The notes beneath the pieces were generated by a model that was not told where the DNA came from, did no database searches, and worked only from the letters and a program-made list of their open reading frames with translations. The position numbers were made by a program, and so were the translations under genes. Shown piece after piece: positions 49,132-58,068 of a stretch of 64,000 nucleotides of DNA (position 1 is the first letter of the stretch; the number at the start of each line of letters is the position of its first letter). Source of the DNA: an uncultured Bdellovibrionales bacterium (lineage in GTDB: Bacteria > Bdellovibrionota_C > UBA2361 > CAIXSY01); NCBI GenBank assembly GCA_964510065.1, contig CAZEAC010000008.1:9007-73006 (forward strand). The letters are read 5' to 3'.

Positions 49132-50361
49132 ATGTCCGCACCCTTGAAGGCAACTATCTCTGTTATCATTATAGCTACCGCGTTGTGCTGTTCGCCACTG
49201 CGAATTTTATTTGAAACAAACTCACCGAATATCGCGCTTAATTACCCCGACAGCACGCAATATCTCGAAATGGCCGCGCAAACATTGTCCTACGACCCGA
49301 CACCCTACACACAGCACAATCCAATTCCGGGCTCGCTCTTACGTCCGCCACTTTACCCCGGCTTACTGAGCGCGACGTTTGCATTGTGGGGGGTCAATCC
49401 AACGGCGATACTCATCCTTCATGCACTTGTTGCAATAATTTGTATCGGTTGCAGTGCTTATCTTCTTAGAAAGACAGCTCCCCTCGCATTATGGGTCGTC
49501 ATCGAGCTCCTTTCACTGCGATTCATTAGTGCATTCTACTCGTACGTCGGCCCTGAATGGATTGCCACCTGCGTGACAATTGTTTTAGTGAGCGTGATTG
49601 CGCGTTATCTTTTTGAGCCGACACTTCATTGGCTGATTGTCGCGAACCTCCTTGTTGTACTACTCGCGATTAGCCGTTTTGAGCTTATTTGGCTTTTCTT
49701 TCTGGTGGCGGCAATTGCGATGATTGCTCAACATACGCACGCACGATGGTGGGGAGCCGCCGGCGCGCTGCTGTCAATTGCCGCTGTTGTAATCATCAAG
49801 ACGATGACGCTTCCTTCGCAGCATGGACTGCTCGGCGCACTTTCACTGCTGCAAAGCACCAAAGACCTGCCGCCTTTCAATTATCCGCACGCGGCCACCT
49901 GTGTAGAAACGCAGGCCCTTTCAATTTTGAACAGTCGCGGGGACGCGGTTACCTGCTTCGAGGACATTGCGACGCTGCATGCACATTGTAAGGCGAGCTG
50001 GAAAGAAGTAAGTCATGTCCTCATCTATACGTCGATGCTTAGAATCCTGCAGTTTCCGGTTGAGTTTTTCAGTAACATTGTAAATCGTTCCTGGCCTTTG
50101 ATTATCGGGCTGCCTTTTCTTGCAATTTTTACGGTGGGAATAAAGCGATTTACTGGGCATTCCGTGGCCGCCTATATCGCGCTTATCGCGTCGCTTATTT
50201 TTTGCTTCCAAATTCTCCTCATCGCCACTATCAACGTGATGGTCGATCGCTACTATCTTCCGCAACTCTCGCTGCTCGCCTTTGGACTAATGAGCTTCTT
50301 CGTCCACCTCGGATCTACTCGATCGAAAGCGATAGCGGGCGCACGGAGAGTCTTCACTTAG
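49132..50361 (+). CDS. GT-C membrane glycosyltransferase (ArnT/PMT-like)
   Basis: 409 aa and polytopic. The first loop reads ...LRPPLYPGLL (the PPLYP-type motif seen in GT39/83 enzymes). Confidence 0.5.
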   Translation: MSAPLKATISVIIIATALCCSPLRILFETNSPNIALNYPDSTQYLEMAAQTLSYDPTPYTQHNPIPGSLLRPPLYPGLLSATFALWGVNPTAILILHALVAIICIGCSAYLLRKTAPLALWVVIELLSLRFISAFYSYVGPEWIATCVTIVLVSVIARYLFEPTLHWLIVANLLVVLLAISRFELIWLFFLVAAIAMIAQHTHARWWGAAGALLSIAAVVIIKTMTLPSQHGLLGALSLLQSTKDLPPFNYPHAATCVETQALSILNSRGDAVTCFEDIATLHAHCKASWKEVSHVLIYTSMLRILQFPVEFFSNIVNRSWPLIIGLPFLAIFTVGIKRFTGHSVAAYIALIASLIFCFQILLIATINVMVDRYYLPQLSLLAFGLMSFFVHLGSTRSKAIAGARRVFT

Positions 50362-50419
50362 CGCCCCTTCTGCAATAGGATTGCCCTAACGTTTAATCTG
50401 CAAATAGAATCGTTGCACC

Positions 50420-52369
50420 ATGTGCGGAATCTGCGGAATATTCGGCCGCTCTCACGAAGCAGCCGTGCAATCAATGAAGAACGCCCTTCATCATCGCGGC
50501 CCCGATGATAGCGGCCACTATTCGGATGAAAAAGTCAGCCTAGGCTTTGCGCGACTTGCCATAATCGATCTTAGTCCTCACGCTCATCAACCGCTGTTCA
50601 GCGCGGGTCGGGATATCATTATCGTGTATAATGGTGAGCTATATAATTATCAAAGCGAACGTAAAATCCTTGAGGCACGCGGACATACATTTACTTCAAC
50701 GTCCGATACTGAAGTTGTTTTGCGGCTTTACGAAGAGTATGGCGATGAGTTTCTTAAACGGCTTCGCGGCATGTTCGCGCTTGCGATCTACGATCGGCGC
50801 GGCGGACGCGGCCATGAACGGCTACTTCTCGCGCGCGATCCGCTCGGCATCAAGCCGCTTCTCTATTCTCGACTTTCCGGGGCAGTGGTATTTGCTTCAG
50901 AGATAAAAGCATTACTGGCGAGTGGTCTGGTAGCACGAGAGCTCGACGCCAACGCATTGCGGCTTCTCCTCACCTTCGGATCGGTGCAGCAACCCGCCAC
51001 CATCATTAAGAATGTTGCGATGCTCCCGCCCGGGCATGTTTTGGTCGCGACTTCCGGAGACGAATTTACGATTAAACCCTACTGGCATCTTCGCGAAGCA
51101 TACGACAGCACCATCGCCGGCCTCGACTATCAAGAACAGGTTCAGTATCTCAAAAGCGCACTCGAGGAATCAGTACGATTACATCTTATTGGAGATAGGC
51201 CGACCGGAGCTTTCTTGAGCGGCGGCGTCGATTCTTCACTGCTCGTTGCAATCATGTCAAAGTTGTCATCTCGTAAAGTTTCAACGTTTTCGGTTGGATT
51301 TTCGGATGAGGAGCCCACACTCGACGAAAGTGGCGATGCTGCCCGCACCGCGAATTTTATCGGCACTGATCATTCACATGTAGTGGTAACAGCCGATCAA
51401 GTTCGAGATAGATTTTCGCACGTCGTGTCCGCACTTGACCAACCTTCAGTTGATGGAGTCAATTCATATTTTGTATCTCAAGCCGCAAGCTCAAAAGTTA
51501 CCGTCGCTCTCTCGGGTACGGGGAGCGACGAACTCTTTGCGGGCTATCCTTGGTTCCTCGACATGCTGCACTTTAATGAGAACAGATTACGCCGTTATAG
51601 TGCATACTTATTAAGCAAGGCATTCGCATTTGGAGAGGACTTGAAAGGCACGATATTTCGTGCGAAGGCACGTGATTCCGCGTTATTACGCTCACTGCGA
51701 CGGCAAAGTGACTTCCTCAGCCGATTTGCAAGTAACTATTTGATATTTGGCGCGCAAGGCACCGCGACAATACTTGCACCGCGCTTTGCTCGGAAAGTAA
51801 TCGAAGAGAGGGACGACCTGATCCCGAACGATCTCCTCGCCGAGCGAAGCACTGTTTCTCGAGTGAGCGGTTTGTGTCTCGGTGGATATCTTCGAAATCA
51901 GCTGCTTCGAGATATTGACGCCGCCTCGATGGCGCATTCGCTCGAAGTAAGGGTTCCTTATCTTGATATTCGAGTGGTAAGCGCCGCGCTTTCGTTACCC
52001 GACGACTCAAAGATTTCACGCTTTACCGAACATGCGGCACGCTTTGGGAGCTATGCGGAAACGGGCACGAAGCGAATTCTATTTGATGTCGGCAAGGGAT
52101 TGCTCCCTCAATGGCTCGAGACCGCACCGAAGAGAGGATTTAGCATGCCGATCGGCACGTGGCTTCGTAGATCGCTCAAGACATTTATGCGCGACGTACT
52201 TTCGGTGGATTCCATTCGAGCTAGCGGAATCTTCAATGTTGAAGAGACGCAGCGGGTACTCGACGGATTCCTTGCGGGGTCGGCACATTGGACAAGGCCT
52301 TGGCTACTGCTTATGGTTGAATGCTGGGCACGCGAAGTATTGGCTCCAACGAAGACTTCTATTCAATAG
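50420..52369 (+). CDS. asparagine synthase-like glutamine amidotransferase (AsnB family, second copy)
   Basis: MCGICGIF provides the N-terminal Cys. SGGVDSS is the PP-loop. The protein is 649 aa. Confidence 0.85.
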   Translation: MCGICGIFGRSHEAAVQSMKNALHHRGPDDSGHYSDEKVSLGFARLAIIDLSPHAHQPLFSAGRDIIIVYNGELYNYQSERKILEARGHTFTSTSDTEVVLRLYEEYGDEFLKRLRGMFALAIYDRRGGRGHERLLLARDPLGIKPLLYSRLSGAVVFASEIKALLASGLVARELDANALRLLLTFGSVQQPATIIKNVAMLPPGHVLVATSGDEFTIKPYWHLREAYDSTIAGLDYQEQVQYLKSALEESVRLHLIGDRPTGAFLSGGVDSSLLVAIMSKLSSRKVSTFSVGFSDEEPTLDESGDAARTANFIGTDHSHVVVTADQVRDRFSHVVSALDQPSVDGVNSYFVSQAASSKVTVALSGTGSDELFAGYPWFLDMLHFNENRLRRYSAYLLSKAFAFGEDLKGTIFRAKARDSALLRSLRRQSDFLSRFASNYLIFGAQGTATILAPRFARKVIEERDDLIPNDLLAERSTVSRVSGLCLGGYLRNQLLRDIDAASMAHSLEVRVPYLDIRVVSAALSLPDDSKISRFTEHAARFGSYAETGTKRILFDVGKGLLPQWLETAPKRGFSMPIGTWLRRSLKTFMRDVLSVDSIRASGIFNVEETQRVLDGFLAGSAHWTRPWLLLMVECWAREVLAPTKTSIQ

Positions 52370-52373
52370 TAAC

Positions 52374-53657
52374 ATGATAGCCGACCAATTCCAGGATCTT
52401 TACGAAGGCGCCCCGAAAATTCTCTTTATCGGATTGCCGCAGAGCAGTCACACACATGGGTGGATAAATCTTTTGAGTGAAAGCCGATTCAATGTACGGC
52501 TATTCGGAGTTCCGGGCGGAGTGCCACCTAGAGATTGGTGGGTGCCCAGTTATGTATCCCGTTGCGCGCCATGGAAATTACGTTCCTCGACGCATGTCCA
52601 CTATCTCTATAAGGGCGTTTCTGGCGTTACGCGCTATTGTTTCGAGCGAGTGATTAAACGCCTCTCAAAGTCAGCGGCATTTCCCGTTTCTGCGATAGCT
52701 CCTTTCCACGCCGAGCGACTCTTTGAAAGCGCACTTTTGGAGCTGATTGAGAGATGGCGTCCAGATATTGTGCACACACTCGGAGTCTTTGACGGTCAGG
52801 GTGGTGAACTCTTTTATCGCTTGCGCGAACGTTACCCGGTTCTCCGTGAACCAATTTGGGTTGCGCAGGTGCGAGGTGGTTCGGACGTTGTTTCTCGCAT
52901 GGAAACGGGTTCGACGGCGCCGCTTACACAGATACTCTTGGCCAGCGATCAAATATTGACCGACAATGTGGCCAACATCGAGCTATTCAAAAGGCAAGGA
53001 ATAAGCGCTCAGAAGATTGCTTCGGTCTGCCCTGTGCCAGGCTCAGGCGGCCTTGAGCTTGATGACGCCTCGTCTCGAATGCCCGCGTCAAAGCGCGAAC
53101 GACTAATACTTTATCCAAGAGCATATGAATCTCGCTGGTCAAGCTCCGCCCCGGTAATTGAAGCGCTGCGCCTGGCGTGGTCGCGGATCAAGCCTTGCAA
53201 AATTGTAATGACCGCGATCGATGCGACAACGAAAGGCCACATCGCAAAACTGCCGCATGAAATTCGATCTTCTCTCGAGTTGCATAGTCGGTTACCGCGG
53301 ACCCAGCTACTCGAACTATTTTCTCGTGCCCGCGTGGCGCTTCTTCCCTCAAAAGTCGATGGTGTCCCGAATGCGCTTTACGAATCTATGGCACATGGTG
53401 CATTTCCGATTGTATCTCCACTCGAGACGATAGCTACCGTGGTTAAAGAGCAGCACAATGTACTATATGCGAATAATTGCGATCATCAGGCCCTCGCGGA
53501 CGCGCTCGCTATCGCTATGCAGAACGATTTACTGGTTGATCAGGCCACGTTGGGCAATTTCCAATTAGTTTCTCGAATAGCTAATCGTAAAACGATCAAA
53601 ACTGATATCGTCGCTTTTTATCAACGCCTGAGCGCATCGAAGCGCGGCAAGCCCTAG
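52374..53657 (+). CDS. GT4-like glycosyltransferase, paralog of 14008-15213
   Basis: The start ATG lies 4 bp after the AsnB stop and is in frame with the longer track ORF 52032-53657, whose 5' extension overlaps asnB and was rejected. The shared N-terminal THTHGWINLL and C-terminal GT4 motif LPSKVDGVPNALYESMAHGAFPIVSP are present. Confidence 0.65.
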   Translation: MIADQFQDLYEGAPKILFIGLPQSSHTHGWINLLSESRFNVRLFGVPGGVPPRDWWVPSYVSRCAPWKLRSSTHVHYLYKGVSGVTRYCFERVIKRLSKSAAFPVSAIAPFHAERLFESALLELIERWRPDIVHTLGVFDGQGGELFYRLRERYPVLREPIWVAQVRGGSDVVSRMETGSTAPLTQILLASDQILTDNVANIELFKRQGISAQKIASVCPVPGSGGLELDDASSRMPASKRERLILYPRAYESRWSSSAPVIEALRLAWSRIKPCKIVMTAIDATTKGHIAKLPHEIRSSLELHSRLPRTQLLELFSRARVALLPSKVDGVPNALYESMAHGAFPIVSPLETIATVVKEQHNVLYANNCDHQALADALAIAMQNDLLVDQATLGNFQLVSRIANRKTIKTDIVAFYQRLSASKRGKP

Positions 53658-53835
53658 AGCGTGTTCTGAACTTTTGTCCTGCTGCGAGCCCCAATTCGCA
53701 TTAAACTGCTTCGTTGGCCTAGTCGCGAGTACTCGCAAGCCTGATAGGCTTGCTCCGCGCTCGCTCCGGCGGCCGCCTCGCATTTTAACGCGACTTGGTG
53801 CTCTCGCGACGGACAAAAGTTCAGAACACGCTCTA
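53655..53835. repeat. MITE-like element / structured intergenic module bounded by 25-bp perfect terminal inverted repeats
   Basis: TAGAGCGTGTTCTGAACTTTTGTCC at 53655-53679 and its exact reverse complement at 53811-53835. The interior contains the palindrome GCGAGTACTCGC and the hairpin GCAAGCC-tgata-GGCTTGC. The terminal TA of each repeat forms part of the stop codon of the flanking convergent gene. Confidence 0.5.
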
Positions 53836-54969
53836 ATGTTTGCCAATCATTTTTTCAATCACGGGCACAAGTTCACGCCCAATTCGCTCGGCAAGTAGCT
53901 GATTGCCTTTATCGCCCACATGAACCGAATCGATAAAGAGCTCGTAATCTTTCGGAAGTGAATCGAATACATCACTTATATTACGATAGTAGAAGTTTTC
54001 GCCCCGGACGGCGCGCAAGGCTTGGTCAATTGCATGATACGCCTGCATGGCCGGAGAGTTGGCTTCTCTTTTTATAAATTTTGATTCACGCACCGTCAGC
54101 GGCTTGTTTCCGACCTGTCCGTGAGGCTGAAGAAAAAAGAAGTAAGGGACATCTTTCTCCGCAAGAGCGGATATCGCCAGCTTTACATTTTTTGCCAAAC
54201 GATACCCGATCGTTTCGGGGGTAATTGATGCTTCAGCCGGAGCGAGATCCCTCGGCTCGGGAAATCCAAGCGCAAGATAGAGTTGCCTCAGCAGTTCCAA
54301 ATAGTAGTCATCGTAGAAGGCACGAAACCAAAGCACATTTCGACGTTGATGCCCCCAATACACGTCATTACACCCCGACAACGATACAATCAGATCAGGA
54401 TTTCTCTCGGATAGATAATTTTCAATAAGTATTCTTTCTTGAGTCGAAGCCCATGCCGGGTTGGCAATGGTAAACACATTGAGCAACACCTCAGAACTTC
54501 GCACGCTGACTCTTTCTCTCAAATAGCGCTCAAGAAATGCTCCGACAGTTTGCTCATTTCCGGGAGCGCCGGAGCCGTATGCGACAGAGCCGCCAACCAG
54601 GAAAACACGAAATTCGTTCGCCTGCTTCCTTTCGGTAAATTCCCTGGTATCTCTCGCCATTGATGAGTTAATAGTGGCATTTGCATGCACTCCCGGCTCG
54701 GGCGCGCTTCCAACAAATGGCGCGGGCACATTAGGGACCGCCCACGAGATCGTTGCTATATCAGGAGGCGTGCGATATGCCGGTGTCACATTATGAAAAT
54801 TTTCATTGAGCGTCGGAAGCAAGCTGCCAAGCGTTTGATGCACCTGGGCCGAGGTAATGAATGACCGCGATTCAACGAGTACGGAACGCTGCCCTACATA
54901 AAAGGCCAGGGCCATCGCTCCTCCCTGGAGCAACAGAAACAACAGCGCGCCAAACATGCGAGATTTCAT
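53833..54969 (-). CDS. membrane-anchored SGNH-like hydrolase (GGS variant), paralog family
   Basis: An N-terminal signal/TM segment is followed by FLVGGSVAYGSG. It is 378 aa. Confidence 0.5.
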   Translation of the reverse strand: MKSRMFGALLFLLLQGGAMALAFYVGQRSVLVESRSFITSAQVHQTLGSLLPTLNENFHNVTPAYRTPPDIATISWAVPNVPAPFVGSAPEPGVHANATINSSMARDTREFTERKQANEFRVFLVGGSVAYGSGAPGNEQTVGAFLERYLRERVSVRSSEVLLNVFTIANPAWASTQERILIENYLSERNPDLIVSLSGCNDVYWGHQRRNVLWFRAFYDDYYLELLRQLYLALGFPEPRDLAPAEASITPETIGYRLAKNVKLAISALAEKDVPYFFFLQPHGQVGNKPLTVRESKFIKREANSPAMQAYHAIDQALRAVRGENFYYRNISDVFDSLPKDYELFIDSVHVGDKGNQLLAERIGRELVPVIEKMIGKH

Positions 54970-55134
54970 CGCTTAAAAGAGTACACAAGTAAATGTCGGC
55001 AGAAAAGCTGGCTTTATACTTATCTACCTTTGTCATACAGTATGTATGGACTTTTGCTTGAAATAGCTCACGGCGAAGAAGTGCCTCGACAATGAATTGG
55101 TTGATCAAGAGAAAGCTGTAACGGCATCGGCATA

Positions 55135-56079
55135 ATGGCGCACAACACTACGGAAACAATTTGGTGTATTTCACCGGTATACTTTGACTTCAAGTCATTT
55201 TCACGCCTTCGCTCGACTATTCAGTCGGTGCTTCGCGAATCGCATCCTCATTCAACTGTAAAGTTCATCATTGTCGACGATTCCGCCGGCAATGATCACG
55301 AACTCGGAGAAATGAGCAATAAGCCCGACATCGTGATGGTCGTGCCGCCGTACAATCTTGGACATCAACGTGCGCTCGTCTTCGGAATTCGCAAGACGAA
55401 ACATCTCTTTGCCGAAAACGACGTGATTATAACTCTTGATGCCGATGGCGAAGATCGCCCGGAAGATCTGCCAAGCCTTTTGCAGGCATTGCCGCCTTCC
55501 TCCGCTTCGGAAGCCAAAAACTCGATCGTACTCGCACGGCGTACATCGCGAAAAACATCCTATTTCTTTAAAATTCTGTACTTCTTCTTTCAAATTTTCT
55601 TTCGATTATTAACCGGCATTGTAGTGCGCACCGGAAACATGGCCTGTTATCGCGCGCAAGCAATCATGCTTGCTATTGGCCATCCTTTCTTTGATCAATG
55701 CTACTCTTCAACACTCATCGCACTTCGTTTTCGAAGGATATTCGTTCCATGTCCACGCGGCCGACGCTACTTTGGGTCCTCGAAAATGAACTTCTGGAGT
55801 CTGCTTGTGCACGGACACAGAATGCTCATGCCATTTATTGATCGCATAGCGATTCGGCTGCTGTTTTTCATTGCCGCGTTGTTCCTTGCCACACTCGTGC
55901 TGCTCGGTACCGGACTTGTTGCCGCGCTCTTTTTCAACCAGGCAACTTTGGGCGCATTCTCTTGGATTGCATTGGGATTGTCAGGACTTTGCATGGTACT
56001 GCTCGTCAACTTCTTGGTACTCTTTACTGTGGTTGCTCAATCACAGGCTATTTCGTTGCGGGGCATTGAAGAAAAGTGA
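55135..56079 (+). CDS. GtrB-like GT2 polyprenyl-phosphate glycosyltransferase with C-terminal TM hairpin
   Basis: FIIVDDSAGND...ITLDADGEDRPEDL are the GT2 DxD blocks. The C-terminal ~100 aa contains 2 hydrophobic helices, as in GtrB/ArnC. Confidence 0.75.
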   Translation: MAHNTTETIWCISPVYFDFKSFSRLRSTIQSVLRESHPHSTVKFIIVDDSAGNDHELGEMSNKPDIVMVVPPYNLGHQRALVFGIRKTKHLFAENDVIITLDADGEDRPEDLPSLLQALPPSSASEAKNSIVLARRTSRKTSYFFKILYFFFQIFFRLLTGIVVRTGNMACYRAQAIMLAIGHPFFDQCYSSTLIALRFRRIFVPCPRGRRYFGSSKMNFWSLLVHGHRMLMPFIDRIAIRLLFFIAALFLATLVLLGTGLVAALFFNQATLGAFSWIALGLSGLCMVLLVNFLVLFTVVAQSQAISLRGIEEK

Positions 56080-56792
56080 ACACGCCGAACGACCGCTATC
56101 AGGGAAAAGAGCTCGATCTTTTCGAACAGGCCGTACGCTGGAAGCGCTACTTCGGTGCGAAGATCGCTCCGCATCTCCGTGGATCGGTCTTGGAGGTTGG
56201 AGCCGGTCAAGGTGGAACAACTGTCGCGCTCGCACCGCTTGTGTCTACTTCATGGACCTGCCTCGAGCCCGACGAGCAGCTACTTGCCTGCATCGAAAAA
56301 AAGATAAACACCGGAATACTTCCTGGTCATTGCACATTGGTTCAGGGCACGATCAATTCAATGTCCGCGTCGGATCAATTTGGTTCGATCTTGTACATTG
56401 ATGTGCTCGAGCACATAGGTGACGATCGCGCTGAACTTTCAAATGCCGCGAGCCACCTCGAAAAAGGCGGCAGAATCGTGGTTCTTTCTCCCGCGTTCAA
56501 CCTTTTGTTTTCACCTTTTGATAAAGCCGTGGGGCACCATCGCCGCTACACCAAGAAATCACTTGAAGCGGCGATCCCTTCGAACTTTACATGCATTACC
56601 ACATGTTATCTCGATAGCGTTGGCGCGGCGTTATCGCTTAGCAACCGGATCCTCCTTCGTCAGCGCACGCCAAGCACTCAGCAAATCCACTTTTGGGACA
56701 ATATAGTCGTCCCCTGCTCGATGATTATCGATCGCGTACTCGGTCATAGCTTCGGTCGATCCATTCTCGGAATTTGGGAAAAAAATGCCTAA
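56076..56792 (+). CDS. class I SAM-dependent methyltransferase
   Basis: VLEVGAGQGGTT is motif I. LEKGGRIVVLSP is also present. The GTG start overlaps the GtrB-like stop (GTGA). Confidence 0.65.
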   Translation: MNTPNDRYQGKELDLFEQAVRWKRYFGAKIAPHLRGSVLEVGAGQGGTTVALAPLVSTSWTCLEPDEQLLACIEKKINTGILPGHCTLVQGTINSMSASDQFGSILYIDVLEHIGDDRAELSNAASHLEKGGRIVVLSPAFNLLFSPFDKAVGHHRRYTKKSLEAAIPSNFTCITTCYLDSVGAALSLSNRILLRQRTPSTQQIHFWDNIVVPCSMIIDRVLGHSFGRSILGIWEKNA

Positions 56793-58068
56793 GAGCGACT
56801 TCCCCTCAAAGACATCCGACGCTAATAAACGACTGAGCGGCAAAAAATTGATCCTGGCCACACTTGCGGGAATCATTGGCATAATGATCGGCAGTTGGTT
56901 ATTATCGAATACTCCGCTCTACGCTCATCAAGGCACACGAATTCAAATTTTTGATTTTGCCTACTACGTTTCGATGATCTCGTTGTTTTGGAGCCGCCCA
57001 AGTGTCGACATATATTCGTTCAGCGACAATCAGCTGATGTTGCAGCAGCTCTTTGATTTTGTTCCCGCGACTGTCATGCCTTTCGGTATAAGTCCCTCAA
57101 GTGTTTTGATCTTGGCGCCCTGGGCTGGTCTTGCCCGCTGGAGCCTTGATTTCAGCTTTCTCATGTGGCTTGGACTATCTTGTGCGGCACTCGCGACAGC
57201 AATTCTCATTGTGATAGACACCTGGCCGCGGCAATTTCTTCGCGATATTCCGGCGATCACACTTCTCGTGGTGGTCCTTGCTTCAGACTCCTTTTTAGGA
57301 GCTCTGCTTCGAGGGCAAACCTCCGCTCTTGCCCTCGCGGGACTTCTCTATCTTACCTATTCTTGCTTCAGCGGGGGCACAAAGCCAAGCGGCTGGATTC
57401 GCGACGCGGGTATACTTGCCTTGCTCTCGATAAAGCTGCCCTATTTTATCATAGCGAGTCTCACTCTGCTCATCTTTCGACGCCATAGAGCCGCCCTTAC
57501 CGGCACTGCCATCGCTGCATGCGCAGTAGCGTTCGCCCTCGCGCTATCGCCCCCCGGAACATTTCGGCATTTTATCGGGACACTCAGCCTCTTCTCAAGT
57601 CAACAGATTCCACCGCACTATGCAGGCGCTTTCTCTTTCTCGGAGATTAGCACTTTAGCAACCGCGCTCCCCGACTCACTTTCACGCGCGCTTCGAGCCA
57701 CCCTTTCGCTTGTCCTGGCCGCAGTCTGTTTGGGCGCGGTAGTGATTCGAAAGTTCAAAGCTACACCAATCGGGCCGAGCGAAATAATTTTGATCGTTGG
57801 CAGTTATTTGCTTTTCTCGCCGTACGTCGGGGCCTATGAGGACATTTTACTTCTTCTACCGGCGCTTTTCATTTTTCGTGAACGCGATCGTACGTGGAAT
57901 ATCAAAGTAATCGTGACATTGATTCTCAGTGCGATCTATTTAAATCGCGGCATATTAGATCTCGGCACGCTCCAGTGGACCATGTGCCCGGTCAAATTCG
58001 CGATATTTGCCTGTCTCTTGCTTGTCGCGCGCGGCACTTCACGAGCCTCCGTGACCAGGCTAGCGTAA
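56785..58068 (+). CDS. DUF2029/GT87-family membrane glycosyltransferase (GT-C)
   Basis: 427 aa. The first loop reads FDFAYYVSMISLFWSRPSVDIY. The central block ...SGGTKPSGWIRDAGILALLSIKLPYFI is shared with the paralogs. Confidence 0.55.
   Translation: MPKSDFPSKTSDANKRLSGKKLILATLAGIIGIMIGSWLLSNTPLYAHQGTRIQIFDFAYYVSMISLFWSRPSVDIYSFSDNQLMLQQLFDFVPATVMPFGISPSSVLILAPWAGLARWSLDFSFLMWLGLSCAALATAILIVIDTWPRQFLRDIPAITLLVVVLASDSFLGALLRGQTSALALAGLLYLTYSCFSGGTKPSGWIRDAGILALLSIKLPYFIIASLTLLIFRRHRAALTGTAIAACAVAFALALSPPGTFRHFIGTLSLFSSQQIPPHYAGAFSFSEISTLATALPDSLSRALRATLSLVLAAVCLGAVVIRKFKATPIGPSEIILIVGSYLLFSPYVGAYEDILLLLPALFIFRERDRTWNIKVIVTLILSAIYLNRGILDLGTLQWTMCPVKFAIFACLLLVARGTSRASVTRLA

Noticed and set aside
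52032-52373. Long N-terminal extension of the GT4 ORF (541-aa version)
   Set aside because: The extension overlaps the AsnB coding region in another frame. The paralog at 14008-15213 aligns from the ATG at 52374, which sits 4 bp after the asnB stop.
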